IMG/VR virus record: IMGVR_UViG_3300041411_000080
Location: 248,001-312,000 of that record
Direction: 5' to 3' (one strand)
DNA length: 64,000 nucleotides
Part shown: piece by piece, positions 17,332 to 27,028 of the stretch
Layout: every line of letters begins with the position of its first letter
How positions within the stretch are numbered: position 1 is the stretch's first letter
The notes under the pieces: model-generated
Databases searched by the model: none
What the model was told of the DNA's origin: nothing
The model's input: only the letters and a program-made list of their open reading frames with translations
Program-made: the position numbers and the translations under genes

Positions 17332-19083
17332 TTAATGCATTTCGATATTGAAGAAGCCTTTGTTGAAACGAACTGTAGCCAAAGGACGATAGCCACCACG
17401 TGCCTGGCGCAGTACACGGAAGACATTAGCTTCAGCAGCATCGACCATGAATGAACGACGCACACCTTGATACTCGAGATGTGGAGTCAACACAGCACCG
17501 ATTTGAGAACCGATAGCACACCGGTTAGCAGCGTAGATCTTGTCGAAGTGGTCACGGTCATACGCGGATGGAGTAACAGTGTTCAACTGCTCTTCATCAC
17601 AACGTGCCAAGAACTGAAGAAACTTATCGTGAATGTTGTGAACATCACAATCAATCACGAGACGGCTTTCTTTCGCACGTCTTGCCTCAGCAAAGATTTT
17701 CGAAAAGGTTGGCCAGATCTCACCATTGACTAGCGCTGGTTCCGACACAGTAGCTTCTTCTACTTCAGTCGCTTCAGGTTTATCGCCAGTGGCGAGTTCT
17801 TCAAGACCGATCAATGCTGCTTCAAGATGACCTTTACTAAACTTCAACGAATCCACAATACGTTGCAACTCAGGTGGGACAATGTCCTTAGCCGATTTGA
17901 CGTAGTTAGGGATCAACGTCGCGATGATCTCGTCGTATTGATCCAGAGGGAAGTTCTTCTTAACGAATTGAATCAATCGTTGAGTGATCTCTTCATCGCT
18001 CTTACCGGTATTGGAACCTTTCAAGATAACACCTTTGATGGTTGGTACTCCGATTGCAGGTTCAGCGACCGGGTAAGTCGCAATCGAGTAATCACCCTCA
18101 TTGCTATTACGGATAACGGTTTTGGTTTTACCGTCCTCATTGTAGAAGTACTTAACTGTTTCCTTGAAGTTAGGACTACGGCTAATATTCGCAGTACGGC
18201 TAGCCTCAAACAGGAAGTCCTCGACTTTACCGATGTTACCATCTTCCAGCCACAGCTCGTAAGCGGTTTTCTCTTGCACAGGTGGGTTCACATTGGTCCT
18301 CAGCATTTGCCAATCTTTACCGAACATGTTAGTACAGATTTGATTGATGATCTCTAGAGATTTACTTTTAGCCAGAAAGTAATCCTCGTACTTTGGAATT
18401 CTAAGTTTCATGGAGAGTCCACTGTTAGGTAATGGTACAGTAATGCCAACCTCTTCAGGGGTCTTCACAGTTTGTGGTTCCAGCGCTTCACTGAATGTGT
18501 CTACGCGCTTAGCGATAACTGGATCAGCTGATCGAGCTAACTGCATACGACGACTACGTTCATCCAGTGCATCGGTATCAACGACCTGCTTACCATCAAC
18601 TACCTTAACGATCTCTGGTAAGACTTGTGGATTAGCATCCTTAGGATGATATCCGATATTGGCTTGATCAGTTCCACGTACAGGGAAGAATAGATCAGCA
18701 AAGACTCTATGGAGCATTGGAGATTCAGACACTTTACATTTATCCTTGGGGAATAGGGATGGAATGATTACGTTGTTATAGTAATCTTGATGTAACTGCG
18801 TTCGTGAACGTAATTGCTCACGATAGTCAGGTAACGCTGTTTGGTACAGCTTATTGACTGCAAGAGTAATCTCTTCTACGTTGTCTGCATTCATCGATAG
18901 TAATAACCAATCGATGGTAGCTTTCACATCACTTGGAATATGGAGTCGCTGTAGCACTCCACGACCATTTACTTCACCAATCAGATCGTCCCCATACTCA
19001 GCTACGACCTTATCCCAGTCACAGTAAGTGTGTAATGTAGATACACGACCATTTGCACGCTTAACGCGATAGTAGTGCTGCAT
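17332..19083 (-). CDS. large mosaic hypothetical protein
   Basis: start MQHYY with GGAGG RBS; contains TAYELWLEDGNIGKVEDFL and GSNTGKS segments. Confidence 0.85.
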   Translation of the reverse strand: MQHYYRVKRANGRVSTLHTYCDWDKVVAEYGDDLIGEVNGRGVLQRLHIPSDVKATIDWLLLSMNADNVEEITLAVNKLYQTALPDYREQLRSRTQLHQDYYNNVIIPSLFPKDKCKVSESPMLHRVFADLFFPVRGTDQANIGYHPKDANPQVLPEIVKVVDGKQVVDTDALDERSRRMQLARSADPVIAKRVDTFSEALEPQTVKTPEEVGITVPLPNSGLSMKLRIPKYEDYFLAKSKSLEIINQICTNMFGKDWQMLRTNVNPPVQEKTAYELWLEDGNIGKVEDFLFEASRTANISRSPNFKETVKYFYNEDGKTKTVIRNSNEGDYSIATYPVAEPAIGVPTIKGVILKGSNTGKSDEEITQRLIQFVKKNFPLDQYDEIIATLIPNYVKSAKDIVPPELQRIVDSLKFSKGHLEAALIGLEELATGDKPEATEVEEATVSEPALVNGEIWPTFSKIFAEARRAKESRLVIDCDVHNIHDKFLQFLARCDEEQLNTVTPSAYDRDHFDKIYAANRCAIGSQIGAVLTPHLEYQGVRRSFMVDAAEANVFRVLRQARGGYRPLATVRFNKGFFNIEMH

Positions 19084-19187
19084 ATCCCCTCCATAGGGCA
19101 TATTCGTGCAGACATAGTCTACACTAAGAATAAGGAATATTATTCGAGGGCCCCTACGGCCCCCTCTCATAATATACTATTTATATC

Positions 19188-19272
19188 TAAGTAATTCATT
19201 TAAAAAGCAAATTACAAAAGCTCTTTAGTAAACAAGTTTACTGTTGTAAATTGCTTCTCCTAGAATTACTTA
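19188..19272. repeat. AT-rich nested inverted repeat (long imperfect palindrome)
   Basis: TAAGTAATTC/GAATTACTTA, AAGCAAATTACAA/TTGTAAATTGCTT (12/13), AGTAAAC/GTTTACT. Confidence 0.85.
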
Positions 19273-19863
19273 TGCGGCGGGCGGGGTCACCAGCATCCCG
19301 CTGACCAGCCGATCGAATTTCTCGTCATCGAATACATCAAGCGTTTTGGGACAGGTCTCGGCGATGTCGAGATCCTTTATGCATTCAAGGCTACCTTTGG
19401 CGTATATCCTACCCGATGCACTATGCTCATGATTAAAGCCGCCACATGGAACACGGTAAAAATCAGCTTCAATGTCATAAGCAATGATCTTACCGGGTAG
19501 ACCCTCCAATTTAGGCTTATCGCGCATGATGGTCAGATGAACTGGGTTATCTAGAGTCTCGATCGAAATGAATGTCTCTACGTCAAACTCAGTATCTAGC
19601 TTACGACAACCATCATAGTAACCTTTGTTCGGACGCTCATACAGGTAAGGGCTTGCCAGATGCTCGTCCATCCTCTTTCTGAACCGAGCTACACGATCAA
19701 CTACCTTTGGATCTTCCATTTGAATAAGCCACTTATTTACAGTAGCTTTAAATTCTGGAGACGGTTCAAAGAACCAGAAGGTAGCATTACGGAATGAAAT
19801 GATATTCCAAACGTCGTACAGAGCCCACAGGTGCTTTAACTTACCTTTGCTGATGCGTGACAT
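19270..19863 (-). CDS. hypothetical protein, RISKGK N-terminal family
   Basis: MSRISKGKLKHL. Confidence 0.8.
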   Translation of the reverse strand: MSRISKGKLKHLWALYDVWNIISFRNATFWFFEPSPEFKATVNKWLIQMEDPKVVDRVARFRKRMDEHLASPYLYERPNKGYYDGCRKLDTEFDVETFISIETLDNPVHLTIMRDKPKLEGLPGKIIAYDIEADFYRVPCGGFNHEHSASGRIYAKGSLECIKDLDIAETCPKTLDVFDDEKFDRLVSGMLVTPPAA

Positions 19864-20032
19864 TCAATACGTCCTCAATGAGCTTACGATGCGTTGGAAG
19901 GTCTTCTGACGCTACACCTGGAGTCACCGATAGTAAAGCTAGTCCGGCAAAGTACCGAACCCGCATATCCTGAACGGTATTGGCTGTAGACTGATATGGA
20001 AACGACAAACTAATGGCTGGAAGATTAGACAT
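19841..20032 (-). CDS. small hypothetical protein
   Basis: start MSNLP overlapping previous stop. Confidence 0.5.
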   Translation of the reverse strand: MSNLPAISLSFPYQSTANTVQDMRVRYFAGLALLSVTPGVASEDLPTHRKLIEDVLNVTHQQR

Positions 20033-20357
20033 CGGTCGGACCCTTCTCAGTGAATAGTGTAACCATAGGTAACCCATGACGAGGTTGTCCAGTACTCTTG
20101 TCGACCTCAACCACACGTTGTCGTCTAACTGGAACATCCAACGCTAGGTAAGATTCAGGTATACCCATTTCAACCATGAGCTTATTAGCATTCTCAGTTA
20201 ACCTGCGGCGAAAATCCAACCGTTTGGCATTTAAAGCTTTAAGCTGTGAATGCGTAAGAACTGGTTGGCTGAACACCTCACGGAGTTTACCGAGTTGCAT
20301 CAGACCACGGTATACCTGAACTAGATACTGACGCTTACCCTTGGATACTCTGGCCAT
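20025..20357 (-). CDS. hypothetical protein, RISKGK N-terminal family
   Basis: MARVSKGKRQYL. Confidence 0.8.
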   Translation of the reverse strand: MARVSKGKRQYLVQVYRGLMQLGKLREVFSQPVLTHSQLKALNAKRLDFRRRLTENANKLMVEMGIPESYLALDVPVRRQRVVEVDKSTGQPRHGLPMVTLFTEKGPTDV

Positions 20358-20601
20358 TAGACTGGTACCCCTCTAATATTTCATTTCTGATCTTTTGGAG
20401 AATTGCTTCTGTTGCAGCAGATGGTTTAACGAAAGGTTTAATTTCTACATTTCGTGAATTAGTGCAGAGTGTGGTACTTAAGCTCTGTGCCTTCGCAGCT
20501 AAAGCAAAAAGATCTATTTTACCGTTACGGATAAACTTGTCACGAAATACCATAGCGGCAATATGGTCAACCAGAAACTTTCTTTTACCTTTACTAATCA
20601 T
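20335..20601 (-). CDS. hypothetical protein, RISKGK N-terminal family
   Basis: MISKGKRKFL. Confidence 0.75.
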   Translation of the reverse strand: MISKGKRKFLVDHIAAMVFRDKFIRNGKIDLFALAAKAQSLSTTLCTNSRNVEIKPFVKPSAATEAILQKIRNEILEGYQSNGQSIQG

Positions 20602-20977
20602 CTATCCAGTCCTCATCGTCTAGTGACGGGTTAACACAATTTTCAGAACGTTTGCGGTGCCACGCATTATCTCGGATGGCAGCTTCTTCGAAGAAGGTTG
20701 TGTAACCACCTACCCCTTCGTAATCACGTTCCCCGGCCTTACCCCATAGGTTCATTCCGGTACGACGATATTCAGCAGCGTCTTCATGACCACCCACCTC
20801 AGTACGGCGATCAGATTCAACTGGATCATTACGTGCCACGGTCTCATCACGGAAGTAGTTATGTGACCATTCACACCCCATTCCGTTAGATGCTGTTCTT
20901 ACTTGTTCGTAACACCGATATTTGTAGCGCTTGAGACCTCGGTTAAGCCCCCGGAAGAGAGTTACTGATGATGACAT
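20594..20977 (-). CDS. hypothetical protein
   Basis: start MSSSV with AGGAG RBS. Confidence 0.7.
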   Translation of the reverse strand: MSSSVTLFRGLNRGLKRYKYRCYEQVRTASNGMGCEWSHNYFRDETVARNDPVESDRRTEVGGHEDAAEYRRTGMNLWGKAGERDYEGVGGYTTFFEEAAIRDNAWHRKRSENCVNPSLDDEDWIDD

Positions 20978-21131
20978 AGCACGCTCCTGTGTAAACCACC
21001 GCTGAGGCAATGTAGAGTACCCGGCGATCTTTAGCATCCCAGTTAGGACTCAGACTACCCAACATGAAAACGTAGCTGGCAAGAACAACACTAATGGTCA
21101 AGCAAACAATACCGATAATAACCCAAGGCAT
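20943..21131 (-). CDS. small two-TM membrane protein
   Basis: two hydrophobic stretches, AAGGA RBS. Confidence 0.65.
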   Translation of the reverse strand: MPWVIIGIVCLTISVVLASYVFMLGSLSPNWDAKDRRVLYIASAVVYTGACYVIISNSLPGA

Positions 21132-21141
21132 GATCTAATCC

Positions 21142-21357
21142 TTATTTGCAGAAACTGAAGAGTTGGCCGAGCGATGGAGTAGCTGGCTTTGGAGCAGGTT
21201 CATCTGGTTGGTAATTAAGCATCCCATTACTATCGGTAAGCTTAAAACCTTTAACCTCATTAGCCTTGGCAGCTTCTTGTTTGAGTGCGTACTGACGATT
21301 GTGTTCGGCGGTTGCTGCAATCTTACGGATACGGTGGAAACTATTCTTTTTAGCCAT
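21142..21357 (-). CDS. small basic hypothetical protein
   Basis: GAGG RBS, 71 aa. Confidence 0.7.
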   Translation of the reverse strand: MAKKNSFHRIRKIAATAEHNRQYALKQEAAKANEVKGFKLTDSNGMLNYQPDEPAPKPATPSLGQLFSFCK

Positions 21358-21358
21358 G

Positions 21359-21568
21359 TTACGCCTCGAAGTGATAATTAATTGTTACGGTGGCACCTGT
21401 AACATCATAGGGTTTATTTTCACAACCTACCGGATACATGTTCGTGTACATCTTACCACGGTGATATCCAGTGAGAAGACCAGTCTTGAGATTTTCACAC
21501 AATACAAAATCACTGTAACCGAATAGGTCACGGAGATAACGGAACTTACCTTTAGATATTCGTGCCAT
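21359..21568 (-). CDS. hypothetical protein, RISKGK N-terminal family
   Basis: MARISKGKFRYL. Confidence 0.75.
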   Translation of the reverse strand: MARISKGKFRYLRDLFGYSDFVLCENLKTGLLTGYHRGKMYTNMYPVGCENKPYDVTGATVTINYHFEA

Positions 21569-21873
21569 TAGTTTCCACCATGGTCGTTATTAGGATGCCA
21601 GCGATCCCGAGTGTTGGAGTTAGATCGAGCATCACCACGGAACCAAAGATTTGTTTCAGCATTGGGACTAGCTTCAAGGACCAAGATGTTACCATCGGTA
21701 CCACGTCTCACCCGTCCTGCATACCAACAACATTCTGCATCTCTTTCTTCTCGATAATGCAAAACAGCTTGACGATTAGTATACATAACGAAACGACTTG
21801 GATCTCGTCCCATCATAACTCCATCACGCTGTCCGTGGTAACTAGCAGTTTTTAAATCATGACGTACGCCCAT
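21568..21873 (-). CDS. hypothetical protein
   Basis: start MGVRH with GAGG RBS, first gene after promoter variant 21903. Confidence 0.7.
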   Translation of the reverse strand: MGVRHDLKTASYHGQRDGVMMGRDPSRFVMYTNRQAVLHYREERDAECCWYAGRVRRGTDGNILVLEASPNAETNLWFRGDARSNSNTRDRWHPNNDHGGN

Positions 21874-21902
21874 GTGAGCCTCGTTAATGAAGATACCCAA
21901 CC

Positions 21903-21930
21903 ATGATATAAATTTGAAATAAATTGTGTT
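21903..21930 (-). promoter_or_regulatory. early promoter variant
   Basis: TATATCAT core with AT-rich upstream, immediately after a terminator. Confidence 0.5.
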
Positions 21931-21932
21931 GA

Positions 21933-21963
21933 CGACATAAACCCCTACCCGAAGGTAGGGGCT
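21933..21963 (-). terminator. hairpin terminator with TTTATGTC tail
   Basis: CCCCTACC-TTCG-GGTAGGGG-TTTATGTC. Confidence 0.8.
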
Positions 21964-21967
21964 ATTA

Positions 21968-22327
21968 TTACGCTGCGGGGAGCCACACACTCAAGTCATA
22001 CACACCGGGCTGCGCTTTAAAGATGTAGGCTGTTACAGATTCAGCATCTGTACCTTCACCTGGCCGCAGACCGATTACAACGGTATCTTCCCCATTCAAC
22101 AGTAGACGTTGTGTACGTACTGTCTCAAGGCTAACACCGTCGGCGTCGACGACTGGAGTAAACGCTTTAGATTCTTCAACGAAATGAATCTTGTCTGGGA
22201 TCGTAGTAAACGGAGCCATGTTAAACAGCTTCATAACCAAACGCTTCATTACAGCAAGGGGAAGCATTTTAGCAGTAGCTACAGCAGCTAAGTCATACTC
22301 GAATTTGTCAGCAATTGAAAAAGCCAT
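21968..22327 (-). CDS. hypothetical protein
   Basis: start MAFSI with AAGGA RBS. Confidence 0.7.
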   Translation of the reverse strand: MAFSIADKFEYDLAAVATAKMLPLAVMKRLVMKLFNMAPFTTIPDKIHFVEESKAFTPVVDADGVSLETVRTQRLLLNGEDTVVIGLRPGEGTDAESVTAYIFKAQPGVYDLSVWLPAA

Positions 22328-23123
22328 TCTGTGGTCCTTTCGTAGTAAAGTACGTGTGGTATGCGCGAAGGATTGGGTTATCCAAATCCATCTCCTGATA
22401 ACGGATGCGTACCTCAGTATCAGTGGAGTGGTCACGGTAGGCAACCCCTACAATCGTGAACCGTTTCAGGTCTTCAAGTTCTTCGTTTTCAATGCGAAGG
22501 AACTTAACCCCGATCTTACGGAAGCGCTTCAACAGTACATCTGTACCATAGGCCACTTTCGAAACGATATCGGGAAGTTGGATAGGCATGTCGCTATAGA
22601 AATCATTCCATTGATCTTTCGTCATCGGTTCAGCATGACGGAATGTCGGTAGGTAATCGGTTTGGAATACGATAACCCCCAGATCTTCTTGTATGGGTTT
22701 GTGAATCACATGAGACTTCATCGGTACACGAGACAACTTGTACAATGTAGTCGTATTCGTTTCTTCCATGGCCTCTAGGAGGTCCTCCATGGCACGATTA
22801 ACGCCACGGTTATACACGAGTTCTCTGAAGCGCCAATCGCGCTCAAAAGCTTGCTCAGGAGATTCCTTGGTGAATTCCTTAGTCACACTGTATTCGATTG
22901 TTTCGCCAGTAATGTTATCAGTCACAATGAACGCATAAGTCATTGCATCTATACCGGTCCACTGAACTTTGAATTGTTCAGGCTTGCATGGTACTACACC
23001 TGCACGCTCGTCTTTCAAATAGACAAACATATCTTTCAGGTGAGCCCAAGTGTCACAAGGGCATCCGAGATACTCAAACGGAATGTTTGAATCTGGGACT
23101 CCTCTAGGGTTGCAACAACTCAT
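22308..23123 (-). CDS. hypothetical protein
   Basis: start MSCCN with GAGG RBS, about 271 aa. Confidence 0.8.
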   Translation of the reverse strand: MSCCNPRGVPDSNIPFEYLGCPCDTWAHLKDMFVYLKDERAGVVPCKPEQFKVQWTGIDAMTYAFIVTDNITGETIEYSVTKEFTKESPEQAFERDWRFRELVYNRGVNRAMEDLLEAMEETNTTTLYKLSRVPMKSHVIHKPIQEDLGVIVFQTDYLPTFRHAEPMTKDQWNDFYSDMPIQLPDIVSKVAYGTDVLLKRFRKIGVKFLRIENEELEDLKRFTIVGVAYRDHSTDTEVRIRYQEMDLDNPILRAYHTYFTTKGPQNGFFNC

Positions 23124-23180
23124 GGTTACAGACCTCGATAAAGTTATTGGATACAAATGATAAAAGAAAAAAGAAAGCTA

Positions 23181-23203
23181 ACCCCCTCCATTACGGAGGG
23201 GGC
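23181..23203 (-). terminator. hairpin terminator
   Basis: CCCCCTCC/GGAGGGGG stem, T-rich run downstream on minus strand. Confidence 0.75.
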
Positions 23204-23208
23204 TATTA

Positions 23209-23925
23209 TTACGCGGCTTCTTTCTTACGTTCGGATACGATGTTACGGATCTTGTAAATCATCTCCGAAGGGCAACGCAGTGTTGGAGTACCTTCTGGTA
23301 CCCGTTGCGCAACCCACTCCTCGACCATGTCCCATTGCACCAACCCACTAGTAGGGTTAATGTACAGAACCTTCACGCCGTTAATGACGTGAATCAGAGG
23401 AGATACCCAGAGTTGATATTTGGCAATAGTGCCGATCATCTTCGATGGACCACCCGTGTCCTGCTTGTAAGTCCAACCTTCTTTAACGACTTCGTCATAC
23501 AGACGATGAACTTCGTAGCTGGAGTTGATCTGCACTACCAGATCTACCGAACTGTAGTCCTTACCGTCTTCTGGACTTTCAATGCGGATGACCTCCTCAG
23601 GTAATGCTTCGTAACCGATCGGCATACCGAGCAACCAGCGAAGAGCGGCATTGATTTGACTGGGCAGATCCTTTTGTGGAAACACCGACTCCAGCACCTT
23701 GGCTTCACCGAGGTAGAAAGCCAGCTGCATGTTGACGTGTTGTACACTTACTTCTACCCAGCGATCACCCAGCTTGTATACCAAGCAACGATCACCGATA
23801 TTGGTGAGGATAGTGTGGTAAACATCCATACCGTCGATATCTACCTTCTTTGCCGTACGGACGAAACGGTCATGGAACGCCATTACTTCTGCCATTACAA
23901 CCGAACCATCAACTAAAAGTGCCAT
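23209..23925 (-). CDS. hypothetical protein
   Basis: AAGGA RBS, 238 aa. Confidence 0.8.
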   Translation of the reverse strand: MALLVDGSVVMAEVMAFHDRFVRTAKKVDIDGMDVYHTILTNIGDRCLVYKLGDRWVEVSVQHVNMQLAFYLGEAKVLESVFPQKDLPSQINAALRWLLGMPIGYEALPEEVIRIESPEDGKDYSSVDLVVQINSSYEVHRLYDEVVKEGWTYKQDTGGPSKMIGTIAKYQLWVSPLIHVINGVKVLYINPTSGLVQWDMVEEWVAQRVPEGTPTLRCPSEMIYKIRNIVSERKKEAA

Positions 23926-23948
23926 GTTTGTATTCCTTACAGTAAGAG

Positions 23949-24398
23949 TTATTGTTTATCGAATTCTGAATAGTCCAAGCGAGCGATGCCCACTTGATCC
24001 AGTTGTGCGTGACGTACTTCATCGGGTGTACCTGGAACCTTCGCCACCGCTTCTTGTTGAAGCTTCTTCCGACTTGCCTCATAAAGAGCTTCACGCTCCA
24101 ACAAGGTAAGTGGTCGGGCGATAAAACTATGGACGATGAACTTTGCAGCTCGCTCAACTTCCTTGGTCCTCATCGGATAAACCGCGTGACCATACGCCGT
24201 CGTGACGCTAACACTAATGCCATCGTTATTAGCTTCCAGGCGGATCGTCCGGGCCATATTGGCGCGCCTGTAACTAATACCGTTCGCCACGTGATAAGCG
24301 TCGAGGTCAAAATCCATTGACCCCATCAATTCAACAACCCGTTCAGAAACAACTTGAACGGCCATGTTCACGGTATGATAAGTAACCTTACCCATCAT
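23949..24398 (-). CDS. hypothetical protein
   Basis: 149 aa, ATGA overlap. Confidence 0.75.
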   Translation of the reverse strand: MMGKVTYHTVNMAVQVVSERVVELMGSMDFDLDAYHVANGISYRRANMARTIRLEANNDGISVSVTTAYGHAVYPMRTKEVERAAKFIVHSFIARPLTLLEREALYEASRKKLQQEAVAKVPGTPDEVRHAQLDQVGIARLDYSEFDKQ

Positions 24399-24733
24399 AC
24401 CACCTCTTCGATTACAGATGGATCAAAGCTATCTTCCAGAAAGCCGATAATCTCATCAGTGATCTGCTTCAGGTCTTTACGGTCGTAGTCTTTATACGTA
24501 ATGACCGCATCCTTGGTAGCGTTGTTGACGTAAGTAACCCGCGCTAAGCCACCCTTGATGTGTCGTACCGTAATTTCTTTAAAGCGTGCCATGGTGTTGA
24601 AGGCCAACCCATCTTCGATGATGTCTACGAACACCCGCTTGTACGGCATATCGTTACAGCTACCTTCATGGTTGAGGGCGGCCAACAATTGTTCGTTGAA
24701 GCTGAATACGGGAGACGGCATGAATCTTAACAT
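24395..24733 (-). CDS. hypothetical protein
   Basis: AAGGA RBS, 112 aa. Confidence 0.75.
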   Translation of the reverse strand: MLRFMPSPVFSFNEQLLAALNHEGSCNDMPYKRVFVDIIEDGLAFNTMARFKEITVRHIKGGLARVTYVNNATKDAVITYKDYDRKDLKQITDEIIGFLEDSFDPSVIEEVV

Positions 24734-24750
24734 TTCAAAGTCCTTTAGGT

Positions 24751-25440
24751 TTATTGGAATACGCCACGAGCAACTGGTTCTTCGATCGATTCACCATACA
24801 TCAGCTCGAAGGTTACAGCGTTGACTTGCGGAGCATAGGTAGTCTTACCACCGGACTTCGGATCTTCGATAACAACGATCACGTCATCCAGTTCGGTAAA
24901 TACAGACAACACCTCGTCTTCGCCAACCGTTGCATTGCGAGTAGCCAGATAGGCGTAAACCGCATTGGTGCTGATGTGGGGTGCCGGAAGAACCTTCGGA
25001 GTGATCTCCAGAATGTACATCCGATTTGCTACATACAACGTTTGGGTGATAGGGTGGATGAAGTAGCGACTTTCCGGTGTAGTCGGATTAGTAGCGTACT
25101 TGTTACCGGGACCACCGGGACGAACGATCTTTGCAATGACCTTTTGGGCCGTATGCAGGAAGGTAGTCCACTCGGGGTATTCCTTACCGAACTCTAGCGC
25201 TTCGATGGAGGTGATCTCTTTCATCTCACGACGATCGATCTGGCCATGGATGCGATAGATCAGCGAATGCGTATCCGCAGCACCATCGGTTGGGATCAGG
25301 TTAACCCAGTCCTTGATCTGATACATACGGAACTTGGAGAATCGACCACCGATCCCACAATCCATAAACGCCTGAGCGAAGATCTTGAGGGTACCTTTAG
25401 AAAAGGCATTCAGTGCAGTTTTAGAAACGGTAGCTTCCAT
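24751..25440 (-). CDS. hypothetical protein
   Basis: AAGGA RBS, 229 aa. Confidence 0.8.
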   Translation of the reverse strand: MEATVSKTALNAFSKGTLKIFAQAFMDCGIGGRFSKFRMYQIKDWVNLIPTDGAADTHSLIYRIHGQIDRREMKEITSIEALEFGKEYPEWTTFLHTAQKVIAKIVRPGGPGNKYATNPTTPESRYFIHPITQTLYVANRMYILEITPKVLPAPHISTNAVYAYLATRNATVGEDEVLSVFTELDDVIVVIEDPKSGGKTTYAPQVNAVTFELMYGESIEEPVARGVFQ

Positions 25441-25465
25441 GGTTAAATTCCTTTAAGGATAAGGG

Positions 25466-25675
25466 TTAGAGGCCGAGGGATTTAGAAGCAAAACCTACAG
25501 CGTCACGTACAATCTCAGTCAGGTCAGGTTGACGAGTGAGTTCGCCAGCGGTATAAGCACGGTTATGCTCACGGGCCAGCATACGCTTGCGTTCTTTGTT
25601 GGACATAGGTGGGAGATAATCGACATCTTCGATGATGTCATGATGTGCTTCTTTTGGGATTGCATTCGGGTTCAT
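25466..25675 (-). CDS. small early hypothetical protein
   Basis: start MNPNA with AAGGA RBS, first gene after early promoter. Confidence 0.7.
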   Translation of the reverse strand: MNPNAIPKEAHHDIIEDVDYLPPMSNKERKRMLAREHNRAYTAGELTRQPDLTEIVRDAVGFASKSLGL

Positions 25676-25710
25676 TGGAACGTCCTTTAGAGTTGGGCTA
25701 ATACACAGAT

Positions 25711-25738
25711 GTAATATACTCCTTAAACGCCTTCTAAT
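25711..25738 (-). promoter_or_regulatory. early promoter
   Basis: ATTAGAA-N13-TATATTAC. Confidence 0.8.
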
Positions 25739-25783
25739 AATACATCTATACCCAATCATCTGATTAATCAAGAGGCTATAGCC

Positions 25784-27028
25784 ATGGCTAAACAAACAAT
25801 GCGGGAGGTAATGGATGAACATTTCAAAGATGTTAAATTCGATACAGCCCTATGCAAACGGATTATCGAGTATTCGATTCGTTTCATGAACCGTAACGAA
25901 GACCACTCTGCTTTCTTCGGTGGTGTGCTGATGGGTGTGAACCCTGTCTACTTCTACGACACAGACCGAGAGATTTGGTTTGATGACGTATTGAAGGTTG
26001 ACGAAGATCTACTGCAACACGACTTCCAGAAAGCTGAAGGCGTAGACCCTAAGAACCAGAAGGTAGCATCAGACGTGATGAACTACACTCCTGGTTACGT
26101 AGCTATGCGACTGATGAAGCAAGACGACATTCCCCTCAAAACGCGCGAGGAGGCGTGCAAGCATGCGTTCCAGGTCCTACACTACAAGTACATCACATCG
26201 TTGCTTGTACGACGTTTCAAGTACCCTGCTCGCCGTGAAGTAGCTGAAGCTTCTTTCGCTGCACTGAATTACAAGTTCGATATCAAGACAATCGGTAGTT
26301 GGGGTGCTCTAGTACGTGATCGTGCTGAAGGTATCATGTCACGGGAATCGATCTATCATGACGTACTGACAGAGAAACCCGGTGTTGATTACGACTACTG
26401 GACTCGTCGGATTGTAACCGATACTCAGACTCGTATTCGTGAGCTGATCAACAAGTACTACTCCGTATACATCGCTACCCTTAATGCTGGCCACACTATC
26501 CGTACAACTTCGGATATCATGGTTAACACTGATGGTGAGATGGCACTGCGAGATAAGGTGAATGGTTATCGTACCTACCTGACTTACATGCACGCTGTGT
26601 GTACTAACAAGGATAACCTGATTAAGCTTGAGCTGTTACCGATTGTTAGTTCTGCTATGCACACCATGCCAGAAGAACAACTGATTAAGTCTCTGGAGTT
26701 CTTGGCTCGTAACTTTAACCAGCCTAAGTCTAAGGACCTGACCAAGTTTGTGGATGAGTCGTTGCTTTACTGCTTCGAATATATGCAGTCGATTAAACAG
26801 TCTGTTGCACGTCAGAACGATCTTAAAGAACTGGTAACCCGTTTGCGTCTACTGTTGATGGCTCCTAAGTCTTCTGACCCACGAGTGTTGTTGATTCGCG
26901 ATATGGGCGACCAGATTGTTAAGAATGCCACTAACTCTCGACATGCTGGTCAAATCGCAGCTACTCGTACAGGCTTGGTCCTTTACCTGATTCTTCGGGC
27001 AATGACGAAACAGTACTATACGAGATAA
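25784..27028 (+). CDS. conserved virion structural protein (phiKZ gp32-like)
   Basis: H..FFGG.LMGV and ATRTG..LY.ILR motifs recalled for this family; position beside tail genes. Confidence 0.65.
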   Translation: MAKQTMREVMDEHFKDVKFDTALCKRIIEYSIRFMNRNEDHSAFFGGVLMGVNPVYFYDTDREIWFDDVLKVDEDLLQHDFQKAEGVDPKNQKVASDVMNYTPGYVAMRLMKQDDIPLKTREEACKHAFQVLHYKYITSLLVRRFKYPARREVAEASFAALNYKFDIKTIGSWGALVRDRAEGIMSRESIYHDVLTEKPGVDYDYWTRRIVTDTQTRIRELINKYYSVYIATLNAGHTIRTTSDIMVNTDGEMALRDKVNGYRTYLTYMHAVCTNKDNLIKLELLPIVSSAMHTMPEEQLIKSLEFLARNFNQPKSKDLTKFVDESLLYCFEYMQSIKQSVARQNDLKELVTRLRLLLMAPKSSDPRVLLIRDMGDQIVKNATNSRHAGQIAATRTGLVLYLILRAMTKQYYTR

